Positions 54,087-63,044 of a stretch of 64,000 bases of DNA are shown here, one piece after another. The stretch is from an uncultured Candidatus Saccharibacteria bacterium. Its GTDB lineage: Bacteria; Patescibacteriota; Minisyncoccia; Phycocordibacterales; UBA12088. Position 1 is the first letter of the stretch; every line of letters begins with the position of its first letter. Where the stretch lies: assembly GCA_964531785.1 (NCBI GenBank), contig CAZHFF010000001.1, positions 293,997-357,996 on the forward strand, read 5' to 3'. A model generated the notes under the pieces. The model made no database searches and was not told where the DNA came from. It saw only the letters and a program-made list of their open reading frames with translations. A program made the translations under genes and the position numbers.

Positions 54087-55235
54087 ATGCTTGATATCAG
54101 GTTCATCAGAGACAATAAGGACATCGTGCGCATGGCGCTCGAACGGCGTGCTGCCATGGTCGACCTCGACCGGCTCATTGCGCTCGACGATGAACGCATC
54201 ATGCTCCAGCAGGCGGCGCGCACGGGTACTTTGCGCAGCGTAGAGCAGGGCGATCTCGGTAAACCTTTAGCGGCGAACGCTCGGCTTGAGCAGGTCATGA
54301 GCGAATGGCAGCAGCTCATGATAGCCGTGCCGAACATACCCGACATGTCTGTGCCGCCGGCAGACCCGATGGTACGTGGTCACGAAGTGCGTACTTGGGG
54401 TGATCCACGGAAAATACACGCCGATACATCTCAAGTGAGCCAAGCGTACGGTGGCAGAGGGGTGCAGGGGCTGTACGGACCGCATGGACGTATTGCGCTT
54501 GCGGTCACCCTCCTTGCTCACGACCATTTTGTACGAAGTGGGAAGTACGAGCCGCTGCTCGTACCAACCCTGATCGAGAAGCAGGTGCTTATTGGAACGG
54601 CTGATCTGCCGCAGGGCCAAGCCCAATTTTGCCAAACCACGGGTGGACAGTACCTTGCTCCACGGGGTGCGGCACCGATCCTTGGAGCGTTCATGGACCG
54701 TGTCTTCGACCAGAAAGAGCTTCCGCTGCGGGTACAGGCAACCGTGCATTGTGCTACACACAGTGAAGGCGAGGCAGATGCTCTGACTGCCGGCAAACCT
54801 ATTGAGCACATCAGTGTGGACCAGGTCGTGCTCGCTGAGGCAAGTCATCAGAGCTCGGTCGACTCGCATGAGGCCGTGACCATGCATGCAGAAGAGTTTC
54901 TTAAACTCCTGGGACTGCCGCACCGGGTGCTGATCGCTCCTGCTAATGGTCTACGGCAAAGCGAGGTAAAGCGGTATCTGATCGAGGTGTGGTTGCCATC
55001 GGAGGAGCGATACGTCGAGATCGGCTCCACGTCGTATGCGCATGATTTCATTGCTCGTAGACTCAACATACGCTACCGTGATAGCACGGGGAGAGTGCGC
55101 TTTGTGCACACGACGGAGAGCACGCTGTTACGCCTGCCCGACCTTCTGACACCGCTCGTTTCGCACTACCAGGACATGGATGGCAACGTGGCTGTGCCCG
55201 ATGTGCTTCTACCATACCTTGCCGTACGTACGTAA
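54087..55235 (+). CDS. seryl-tRNA synthetase-like protein with degenerate catalytic motifs
   Basis: N-terminus MLDIRFIRDN, framework block YLIEVWLPSEERYVEIGSTSYAHDFIARRLNIRYRD, and C-terminal DGNVAVPDVLLPYL are SerRS-like. Motifs 2 and 3 and the TAE site are replaced (see findings). Confidence 0.75.
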   Translation: MLDIRFIRDNKDIVRMALERRAAMVDLDRLIALDDERIMLQQAARTGTLRSVEQGDLGKPLAANARLEQVMSEWQQLMIAVPNIPDMSVPPADPMVRGHEVRTWGDPRKIHADTSQVSQAYGGRGVQGLYGPHGRIALAVTLLAHDHFVRSGKYEPLLVPTLIEKQVLIGTADLPQGQAQFCQTTGGQYLAPRGAAPILGAFMDRVFDQKELPLRVQATVHCATHSEGEADALTAGKPIEHISVDQVVLAEASHQSSVDSHEAVTMHAEEFLKLLGLPHRVLIAPANGLRQSEVKRYLIEVWLPSEERYVEIGSTSYAHDFIARRLNIRYRDSTGRVRFVHTTESTLLRLPDLLTPLVSHYQDMDGNVAVPDVLLPYLAVRT

Positions 55236-55241
55236 TAGCGT

Positions 55242-56138
55242 ATGTTCCAGTTTCGTAAGTTCAGGACTCCGAGGGCGCGTAAGCGTGCACACACCAGGAT
55301 CGTGCTTTCGTCCGTGCTCGTTTGTGCCACAGGGGTGATCTTGCTGGGTTTTTTTTGCTACGGTATTACACGCCCTAGTGTCAGGATAGCGCAGGTGACC
55401 ATTTCGGGAAATGAAGCCATATCGGAAGAAGCCGTTCGCAGCGTGGTCGCCGACCACCTGAGTGGTCGCGTGCTCGGAGTACTGCCTCAGGACACGGTAC
55501 TGACGCTGAGGACCGAACGGATCGAAGACCTGCTCCGGACGAAGTTTCCTCGTGCGCGTGAAATAACGGTCACGCGATATCAGTTTACGAAGCTTGCGGT
55601 CCTGATCAGGGAGCGTGAACCAAAAGCGCTCTGGTGTGGCGATGTCGTGCCGCCGGTCGCATACGATCAAAGCATGCGCGGTGAGGGGTCCGAGGCTGTG
55701 TGGGGCACCTGCTACCTTATGGACGAGGACAGCTTCATATACGCGGCTGCGCCGGTGTACACGGGCGATATATACCTCCGGTATTATGGGTCGCTCGAAC
55801 GCGCAGAGCCCATAGGTCAGTACCTCCTTAACAAAGGGTCGCTCGACGCGCTGCTCTACCTCAAGATGGTGCTCCAGCAAGCGGACTTACCGGTCCGCGC
55901 CCTGCTCCTCCTAGATGAACAGGACATGGAGCTCTACCTCACGAACGGATTGCGGCTTATCGTGCGACGTGACACGAACGCTGAGAGCCTTGCTGCTCGT
56001 GTAGGGGCGATACTCGCAGCGCCGGAGACAAAAGACCGAGCCACGATCGAGTATCTCGACCTTCGGTTCGGGAACCGCGCCTACATACGCTACGAGCACA
56101 TGACGGAGTCTGAAGAGCAAGAGGTCGAGGCCGACTAG
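55242..56138 (+). CDS. ftsQ: cell division protein FtsQ/DivIB-like (POTRA)
   Basis: Basic N-terminus, one TM helix, POTRA-like VRIAQVTISGNEAISEEAVRSVV, and a beta-rich C-terminal domain. Confidence 0.65.
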   Translation: MFQFRKFRTPRARKRAHTRIVLSSVLVCATGVILLGFFCYGITRPSVRIAQVTISGNEAISEEAVRSVVADHLSGRVLGVLPQDTVLTLRTERIEDLLRTKFPRAREITVTRYQFTKLAVLIREREPKALWCGDVVPPVAYDQSMRGEGSEAVWGTCYLMDEDSFIYAAAPVYTGDIYLRYYGSLERAEPIGQYLLNKGSLDALLYLKMVLQQADLPVRALLLLDEQDMELYLTNGLRLIVRRDTNAESLAARVGAILAAPETKDRATIEYLDLRFGNRAYIRYEHMTESEEQEVEAD

Positions 56139-56190
56139 CACGGGAAAACGCAGGTGCGCCAAGGCCACAGTGCGATATACTTAGCAGTGC

Positions 56191-56577
56191 ATGGCACCAT
56201 TGCTTGCCCATTACGTAGTTTGGCATTACTCGCGCGCGCTCCTGGACCTGCTCAGGATCTGGGGAAATTTCCTGTGGTTCTTCACTAACTTCTTTTCGAT
56301 ATTTTTACTGTTTCGGACGTTACTCCAGCCGTTCCATAGGCTTGACGGCGAATACAAGAAGGGTCTCGACATCGGTGCCTGGGCGGAGCAGTTCGGTGTG
56401 AACCTCTTAATGCGCCTCATCGGAGCCCTGCTGCGGCTCTTCATGATATCGCTCGGGCTTCTCTCACTCGTGTTCACCGTGCTTGCCGGCGTGTTCTTTT
56501 TCGTCGTCTGGCTATTTGCGCCGTTCATCGTGATCGCGCTGTTCGCTTCAGGTCTGACGCTGCTCATCGCCTATTAG
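56191..56577 (+). CDS. hypothetical polytopic membrane protein
   Basis: A 128-aa ORF with 3-4 hydrophobic helices, 8 nt upstream of the Clp-like ATPase gene. Confidence 0.5.
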   Translation: MAPLLAHYVVWHYSRALLDLLRIWGNFLWFFTNFFSIFLLFRTLLQPFHRLDGEYKKGLDIGAWAEQFGVNLLMRLIGALLRLFMISLGLLSLVFTVLAGVFFFVVWLFAPFIVIALFASGLTLLIAY

Positions 56578-56584
56578 TCCCCGT

Positions 56585-59053
56585 ATGCCGTTTTTCCAGC
56601 TACAAGCACTCGTTGAACGTACGTATGGCCCCGCATTGCTGTTGCGCCGTGTGTTTCCCCACGAACAGCGCATCGCGGTCGAACGCATGTTAACGTTCAC
56701 CACGATACTGTTCTTGGCCCTCGCAGTTTTCGCATACACGATACAGGCGTCGTCGCTCGGAGCCATGCCCGGTTTCAGTGCAGCCAGTGCTTTTGGCAAC
56801 AAGCTCTACGGACTGTTCCTTATCATTTTTTCGTTCAAATTCTTGATGACCGCGATCGAGGCGTTCCATAGATCATACTATTTCCACGGCCTCGACCAGG
56901 TGCTCGCGGAAGCATTTCCAGGCACACCGACCTCGGTCAGTTTTGAGGTCGGTACGATAGTCGATGAAACAGAGGCCGCAGACGTGACCCGCGCTTTCCT
57001 GGACAGTTCCTACGGGCAAGAGATCCTCTATCGGGTGGGCATAGATTCCGACACCTTCACCAAGTACTTCGTAACCCGGGCGCCGTCGCTAACGGCAGAC
57101 AACTTCGTGATCGAGGACAGCGCGGCCATCACGCTCCCGGTGTATGCCCGAGCGCTCTTTGCGGCCGACCACGATCTTCGTACCTGGCTCCAGGCACACA
57201 ACATCAACGAAAAGGACTTCGTTGATTCGGCGGAATGGGTCATGCGTTTGGAGCGTACCCAGCGTCAGAGGGAGCGCTGGTGGTCGAAGGACAACCTTGG
57301 CCGTGTTCCCGGGCTCGGCAAGACCTGGAACTATGGCGAACACTTCCTGCTCGATAAGTACGGGCACGAGATGACCGAAGATCCTGTGTGGGAAAGTGCG
57401 ATGATGACAGCGCTTGCCGTCGATAGTGAGGTGGAATCGCTCGAGACCATTCTCGCTCGCAACCGACAATCGAACGCTCTCTTGATCGGTGCTGAAGGCT
57501 CCGGTAAGCGAGAGCGCGTTGCCCAGCTCTACCATAAGGTACGTGAGGGCAAGGTACTTCCCCAAATTGAGCACAAGCTCGTGTATCTTATCGACATAGA
57601 GGCTGTTGTTACCGTCACGAACAATAAGCAGGCTTTCGAGAACGAGGTTCGAAAGGTCATGAACGAGGCGGTCCATGCAGGTAACATTATTCTGTACGTT
57701 GAACACATCGCGTCAGCGATCGCGAGCGCCTCGGCGTTCGGCGCCGATCTGGTCGACGTCCTCACGCCATACTTTGAATCGAGCGCACTCCAGCTCATCG
57801 TTTCGAGCGATGAGGAGAGCTTCCACCGCCACCTTTCCCGAGACGGACGGTTCATGCAGTACTTCGAGGTGGTGCGCATGCACGACATTGACCAGTCAGG
57901 CCTCATGAACGTGCTTGAACAGCGAGCGGTCATGCTCGAAGACAAGACCAAAGTTGCATTCACGATACAGGCGCTCCATGCGGTCGCCCGTGACGCGAAC
58001 CGTTACTTTCCGGATGGTGTCATGCCTGACAAGGCGCTCGACCTTTTGGAAGAGCTCGTGCCGGTGGTGCAGCAGCAGAAGCGCACCTTGGTTACGGTCG
58101 AGGACGTAGAAACGCACGTATCGAGCAAAACGGGCGTGCCGCTCGGTACGCCGTCGCCCGAAGAACGTGACAAGCTCCTGTCGCTCGAGGACTTCCTGCA
58201 TAAACGTGTAGTAGGCCAGGAAAGCGCGGTCGGTGCAGTAGCGCGCGCGCTACGGCGAGCCCGTGCGGGTGTAGGCAGCAGCGAGCGTCCCATGGGTAGC
58301 TTCCTGTTCCTCGGGCCTACAGGCGTTGGAAAGACGGAGACCGCCAAGGCACTTGCGCAGGCGCTCTTCGGTCGTGATGACGTGATGATGCGGCTGGATA
58401 TGTCGGAGTATAAGGGGGAAGATGCACTCGACCGTTTGATCGGCTCGTTCGAGACTGGGGAACCGGGCAGGCTATCGGTCATGCTGCGCGAAAAGCAGTT
58501 CGGCGTGCTTCTGCTCGATGAGTTCGAGAAATCAGACCGAACGGTGCACGACCTATTCCTGCAGGTGTTGGATGAAGGACAGTTCAGCGACGCGGCCGGC
58601 AAGAAGGTAAACGCGCGCAACCTCATCATCATCGCGACCAGTAATGCCGGCGCAGACGTGATCTGGAATTGGTCCAAAGAGGGAAAGGATGTCGTTGCCC
58701 TGAAGCGAACACTGGTCGATAAACTGATCGGTGACGGACTGTTTCGTCCTGAGTTCCTGAACCGTTTCGACGACATCATATTGTTCCATCCGCTTTCCGA
58801 AAATGACATCGCCGCGATCGCACGTATACAACTTGAGAACCTCGCAAGGCGATTGGAGGACAAGGGCATTCGCCTTGCGGTCACTGAGGAGCTGATCGCG
58901 GCGATCGCAAAAGAGGGCTATGATCCGCAGTTCGGCGGCCGACCGATGAATCGCGCGATCAAAGACAAGGTCGAACAGGCGGTCGCAGACCGGATCCTTC
59001 AAGGTAAGCTCCAGCCTGGTGAGAAGATCGTTCTGGGCGTTGAGGATCTCTAA
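56585..59053 (+). CDS. membrane-anchored ClpA/ClpB-family double AAA+ protein with degenerate first ATPase domain
   Basis: Two N-terminal TM helices and Clp_N-like repeats. D1 has GAEGSGKR / ILYVEHI in place of GEPGVGKT / ILFIDEIH. D2 is canonical (GPTGVGKTETAKALA, LLLDEFEK, PEFLNRFD). Confidence 0.8.
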   Translation: MPFFQLQALVERTYGPALLLRRVFPHEQRIAVERMLTFTTILFLALAVFAYTIQASSLGAMPGFSAASAFGNKLYGLFLIIFSFKFLMTAIEAFHRSYYFHGLDQVLAEAFPGTPTSVSFEVGTIVDETEAADVTRAFLDSSYGQEILYRVGIDSDTFTKYFVTRAPSLTADNFVIEDSAAITLPVYARALFAADHDLRTWLQAHNINEKDFVDSAEWVMRLERTQRQRERWWSKDNLGRVPGLGKTWNYGEHFLLDKYGHEMTEDPVWESAMMTALAVDSEVESLETILARNRQSNALLIGAEGSGKRERVAQLYHKVREGKVLPQIEHKLVYLIDIEAVVTVTNNKQAFENEVRKVMNEAVHAGNIILYVEHIASAIASASAFGADLVDVLTPYFESSALQLIVSSDEESFHRHLSRDGRFMQYFEVVRMHDIDQSGLMNVLEQRAVMLEDKTKVAFTIQALHAVARDANRYFPDGVMPDKALDLLEELVPVVQQQKRTLVTVEDVETHVSSKTGVPLGTPSPEERDKLLSLEDFLHKRVVGQESAVGAVARALRRARAGVGSSERPMGSFLFLGPTGVGKTETAKALAQALFGRDDVMMRLDMSEYKGEDALDRLIGSFETGEPGRLSVMLREKQFGVLLLDEFEKSDRTVHDLFLQVLDEGQFSDAAGKKVNARNLIIIATSNAGADVIWNWSKEGKDVVALKRTLVDKLIGDGLFRPEFLNRFDDIILFHPLSENDIAAIARIQLENLARRLEDKGIRLAVTEELIAAIAKEGYDPQFGGRPMNRAIKDKVEQAVADRILQGKLQPGEKIVLGVEDL

Positions 59054-59131
59054 CGTAGCGTCGCTCGTCCAGGGTATGTCACACGAGTGTTGCAGCTTGC
59101 AAAAGCTGTTACGTGAATATACTATACGCAA

Positions 59132-60181
59132 ATGTCAAGTTTTTGGCAGGGACGACAGCGTCCGTGGTTCGTGCTCGCACCGATGGCCGACGTGACCGAC
59201 GCGGCATTTAGGCGCGTGATCGCCACACAGGGCAAGCCTGACGCATTCTGGACCGAATTCGTATCAGCGGACGGCCTCTATCATACCCGCGAGATCGCAA
59301 AGCTGCCGGACGAACAGAATCCGCTCATGCTGGACCTTGCGTTCAGCACTATCGAACACCCGATCATAGCACAGCTGTTCTCTGCACGGCCAGAGATGAT
59401 GGAGTATGCAGCAGCGCTCGCGCGTTCGCTCGGTTTTGATGGTGTCGACATTAACATGGGGTGCCCAGACCGCAGTATAGAGAAGCAAGGCGCAGGTGCA
59501 GCGCTCATGAAGCACCCACAGCGCGCCCAGGAACTCATACGAAGCGCGGTGCGTGGCGTACAGGGCGCTATACCTGTTTCCGTCAAGACACGCATAGGCT
59601 ACAGCAAGAACGAGCTTGAACACTGGCTTCCGATGCTGCTTGAGGCGGAGCCTGCGGTGGTTACCGTTCACGCACGCACGCGCAAAGAGTTGAGCGAGGT
59701 GCCAGCTCGGTGGGAGCATGTGCGAGAGGCGGTCGCCATCCGTGACCGACTTGGGTCGGACACGCTCGTGTTCGGTAATGGCGACCTCATCGATCTACCG
59801 GACGCACTTACGAAGGCGCGAGCGACCGGTGCTGATGGCGCGATGCTCGGCCGGGCCATATTCGGCAACCCGTTCCTGTTCGCGCCGCTTTCCGCACTGA
59901 CACAAGATCGGGATAGGTGGACGCCAAAGCAGCTAGCAGTCATTGGTGCAGGACACGATGACGCTCTTAAGCTCCGACTGCTCGTTGAGCATTGCTCGCT
60001 GTTCGAACAGCTCTGTCCGCACAAGAGCTTTGCGGTGATGAAGAAGCACTTCAAGGCGTATGTTCAGGGATTTGAAGGCGCCAAGGAGCTCCGGATGCGG
60101 CTCATGGAGTGCGATAGCGCAGAGGCAGTCCGTACCGTGCTCACCGACGCACTCGAGACAGGAACGACTCCCTTAGGTTAG
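59132..60181 (+). CDS. dus: tRNA-dihydrouridine synthase
   Basis: LAPMADVTDAAFR, DINMGCP, VKTRIG and VHARTR blocks. Confidence 0.85.
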   Translation: MSSFWQGRQRPWFVLAPMADVTDAAFRRVIATQGKPDAFWTEFVSADGLYHTREIAKLPDEQNPLMLDLAFSTIEHPIIAQLFSARPEMMEYAAALARSLGFDGVDINMGCPDRSIEKQGAGAALMKHPQRAQELIRSAVRGVQGAIPVSVKTRIGYSKNELEHWLPMLLEAEPAVVTVHARTRKELSEVPARWEHVREAVAIRDRLGSDTLVFGNGDLIDLPDALTKARATGADGAMLGRAIFGNPFLFAPLSALTQDRDRWTPKQLAVIGAGHDDALKLRLLVEHCSLFEQLCPHKSFAVMKKHFKAYVQGFEGAKELRMRLMECDSAEAVRTVLTDALETGTTPLG

Positions 60182-60259
60182 CGAGAGACTCGACAGGTAG
60201 ATGTGTCCATGGTATGGTTCGGTCTTGGAACCACTTGAAACTTGAAAAGGCCAGTTGGC

Positions 60260-61246
60260 ATGCACCACCTGACGAGCGTCGAGGACTTCACCGTTGCAGA
60301 TCTCGATCACATTAGAGGCCTCGCGACGTACTTTCAGCAGAACGATGACTGGGATAGCAGGATCAAGCACCAGGGGATCCTTGCTGGCCACAACGTGGTG
60401 ATCTGGTTCAGTGAACCGTCGTCACGAACGTTCATGCTCTCTGCCCGGGCGGCGAAACGGCTTGGCGCTACCGTAACCGGCACACAAAGCGGCCGCACGA
60501 CCTCTTCCGAGGTTAAGGGAGAAACATTGGCTGATACCGTTTCGGTGATGACAAGAAATGCCGATCTGTTCGTCCTTCGGCACCCGGATAGCGGCGCATC
60601 CAAGCTTGCCGCACGCTACGCACACTGTCCGGTCGTGAACGCGGGCGACGGAGCGGGCGAACACCCCACGCAAGCATTGCTCGACAACTTGACCGTGCTC
60701 TCGAGGTTCCCGGGCAGGTACGACCTCTCCATTGCGTTCATCGGCGACAACCTGCACAGCCGCACCGTGCATTCTACGGTAAGGTGGCTTGCGCGGTTTG
60801 CCGGAACTGAGTACGGCTTCGCAACAAGGACTCGCTTCATATCTCCGGCGAATCGGATGATACCTGAAGCGTACCTGGACGAGCTCGTGCAGGTTGGGAT
60901 CGCGGCCGAGTGCTACGACACGCTCGATGCTGAGCTCTTGCGGGATATCGATGTGGTCAACATCGTTCGACCACAGAGCGAGCGGGTCAAAGCGACCATC
61001 ATGAACCGGCTGATGCCGTTTCGGTGGAGTTCTAATGCCCTCGCGCCCTTCCAACTGTCGCCCAACTTGGTGAGAACCCTTAAGCCCGGCGCTATCATCA
61101 TGCACCCACTGCCGCGGACGCAGGAACTGCCGGCAGATGTCGACAACTACCGCGGTTCGGTCTACCTAACCGATATGGTAGACCAAGGTTTGTACTCAAG
61201 GATGGCACTCTTTACCCATCTGCTCCGTCCAAGTTTCCTCTTGTAG
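60260..61246 (+). CDS. pyrB: aspartate carbamoyltransferase catalytic chain-like
   Basis: SSRTF (for STRTR), LRHP, EHPTQALLD, SRTVHS, VRPQSER and HPLPR blocks in canonical order. ATG 60260 lies inside track ORF 60242-61246. Confidence 0.75.
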   Translation: MHHLTSVEDFTVADLDHIRGLATYFQQNDDWDSRIKHQGILAGHNVVIWFSEPSSRTFMLSARAAKRLGATVTGTQSGRTTSSEVKGETLADTVSVMTRNADLFVLRHPDSGASKLAARYAHCPVVNAGDGAGEHPTQALLDNLTVLSRFPGRYDLSIAFIGDNLHSRTVHSTVRWLARFAGTEYGFATRTRFISPANRMIPEAYLDELVQVGIAAECYDTLDAELLRDIDVVNIVRPQSERVKATIMNRLMPFRWSSNALAPFQLSPNLVRTLKPGAIIMHPLPRTQELPADVDNYRGSVYLTDMVDQGLYSRMALFTHLLRPSFLL

Positions 61247-61285
61247 GAGGTGTACGCACCGGTCGTTCTGGCCGGTGCATTTCTT

Positions 61286-61294
61286 TGCTATACT
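61286..61294 (+). promoter_or_regulatory. extended -10 box TGcTATACT, 7 nt upstream of dnaX ATG
   Basis: tttGCTATACTaccaatcATG read directly. Confidence 0.5.
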
Positions 61295-61301
61295 ACCAAT
61301 C

Positions 61302-62333
61302 ATGACCAGCCACCTTGCGCTCTACAGGAAATACCGCCCGACCGATTTTAGCGGCGTGCGAGGGCAGGACCATATCGTACAGGCGCTTTCTCAGGCAAGT
61401 GCTCGTGGTGATGTTGCGCACGCGTACCTGTTCGCAGGCTCGCGTGGTACCGGCAAGACGTCGCTTGCGCGCATCTTTGCGCAGAGCCTCGGCACCACTC
61501 ACCGTGACCTCTACGAGATCGACGCTGCAAGTAATCGGGGTGTCGACGACGTGCGCGCACTTCGTGAGGAGGTCAACAATGTGCCATTCGAGTCCAGATA
61601 CAAGGTGTACATTATCGATGAGGTGCACATGCTCACCAAAGAGGCTTTCAATGCACTCCTTAAAACGCTTGAAGAGCCGCCTCGGCATGTGGTGTTCATT
61701 CTTGCAACGACCGAGCTGGATCGTTTGCCTGATACGGTCATATCACGATGCCAAGTGTACCGGTTCGCTCGGCCGACCATTGCCGTGCTGAAAGACCTTA
61801 TCAAAGCCGTTGCACAAGAAGAGGGCCGGGTGCTTGATGAGTCAAGCATCGACCTTATTGCCCATCTTGGTGATGGTTCCTTTCGGGATACGCTCGGGGT
61901 GCTCGAAAAAGCCCTCACCAGTGGCGCATCAGAGCCGCTCACGCTCGATGATGTCCGGCGATCGCTCGGTGTACCCACGTCGGACCACGTGTTTGCGCTC
62001 GTCGACGCACTTGCGCAACATGATGCCGAGGCTGCGCTTAGTGCGGTAAGTGATGCACAAAAAGCGAACGTGGATCCGAAGGCGCTCCTCGCGATGCTCA
62101 TACGTATTGTTCGTGCCGTGCTGCTCATGCGCAGCGCGCCCCGCCTCAAACCCGTGCTCGCGGATGAGCTCAGCGAACGAGAACTCGAGCTTGTCACGCA
62201 CCACGCAAAGCACTCTGCAGCTCGTGTCCACTCGAAGCTGCTCGCAAGATTGCTTGAGGCAGAGCTTGCTAAGCAGTCCACACCGATCGCGTCGCTTCCG
62301 CTCGAGCTTGCTGTCATAGATAGTACTACCTAA
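61302..62333 (+). CDS. dnaX: DNA polymerase III gamma/tau subunit, short form
   Basis: YRPTDFSGVRGQ, Walker A GSRGTGKTS, Walker B YIIDEVHML, and SRCQ. ATG 61302 lies inside track ORF 61275-62333. Confidence 0.85.
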   Translation: MTSHLALYRKYRPTDFSGVRGQDHIVQALSQASARGDVAHAYLFAGSRGTGKTSLARIFAQSLGTTHRDLYEIDAASNRGVDDVRALREEVNNVPFESRYKVYIIDEVHMLTKEAFNALLKTLEEPPRHVVFILATTELDRLPDTVISRCQVYRFARPTIAVLKDLIKAVAQEEGRVLDESSIDLIAHLGDGSFRDTLGVLEKALTSGASEPLTLDDVRRSLGVPTSDHVFALVDALAQHDAEAALSAVSDAQKANVDPKALLAMLIRIVRAVLLMRSAPRLKPVLADELSERELELVTHHAKHSAARVHSKLLARLLEAELAKQSTPIASLPLELAVIDSTT

Positions 62334-62336
62334 CCC

Positions 62337-63023
62337 ATGACCACCGAAAAGTTCATTTACTTTGTCCGCCATGGAGAAAGCGAGGCGAACAACCAGTACG
62401 TATTCCAATCCGCGGACGATCCGCTCACCCCACGCGGACATGAGCAAGCGGCATGTCTGGCAGAACGGTTCCGCACGATACCGTTCACAGCGCTCATTGC
62501 GAGCCCGTTCGATCGAGCCAGGGCAACAGCAGAGTACCTCGTGCGCGGCACGGGCGTACCGCTCATGATCTCGGAGCTTTGGCGTGAGTATGTACCACCA
62601 AGATCGGTGCTCGGGCTTCGGCGTGATTCTGAGGAGGGTATGACGTACGTCGCAGCTCGACGCGCAAACCTTGGAGACCCTGAATGGCACTACGAAGACG
62701 AAGAGAACTACTTCGACCTTCATGTTCGTGCAGGCAAAGCATTGGAAGAGCTGCGGGATAAGCCTGACCGTGAGATCGTGGTCATCACTCACCTGGGGTT
62801 CCTCAAGGCGATACTGACCTATATGCTGAACCGTGGCGATCCTGACCCCGAGCTATACGTTAAGGTTCGCTTTTTGCTTGAGTCGAAGAACACAGGTATC
62901 ACCACGTGTCGCTACGGTACCGATAAGCAGGGAAGACCTGGTTGGCGTATTTTGACATGGAATGACTACACTCACCTACCAGACGAGCTCGCGTCGCTTT
63001 CCGAGCCGCTTGAGCTCATGTAA
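62337..63023 (+). CDS. histidine phosphatase family protein (PGM-like), copy 1
   Basis: FIYFVRHGESEAN catalytic RHG motif, SPFDRA, and a downstream H in VITHLGF. Confidence 0.75.
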   Translation: MTTEKFIYFVRHGESEANNQYVFQSADDPLTPRGHEQAACLAERFRTIPFTALIASPFDRARATAEYLVRGTGVPLMISELWREYVPPRSVLGLRRDSEEGMTYVAARRANLGDPEWHYEDEENYFDLHVRAGKALEELRDKPDREIVVITHLGFLKAILTYMLNRGDPDPELYVKVRFLLESKNTGITTCRYGTDKQGRPGWRILTWNDYTHLPDELASLSEPLELM

Positions 63024-63044
63024 TGAACTTCGGTAAGGATAGGT

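Noticed and set aside
60206-60259. A short direct repeat cttgaaa-cttgaaaa upstream of pyrB.
   Set aside because: Two copies of a 7-mer only, with no associated promoter hexamers or symmetry. It is probably chance.
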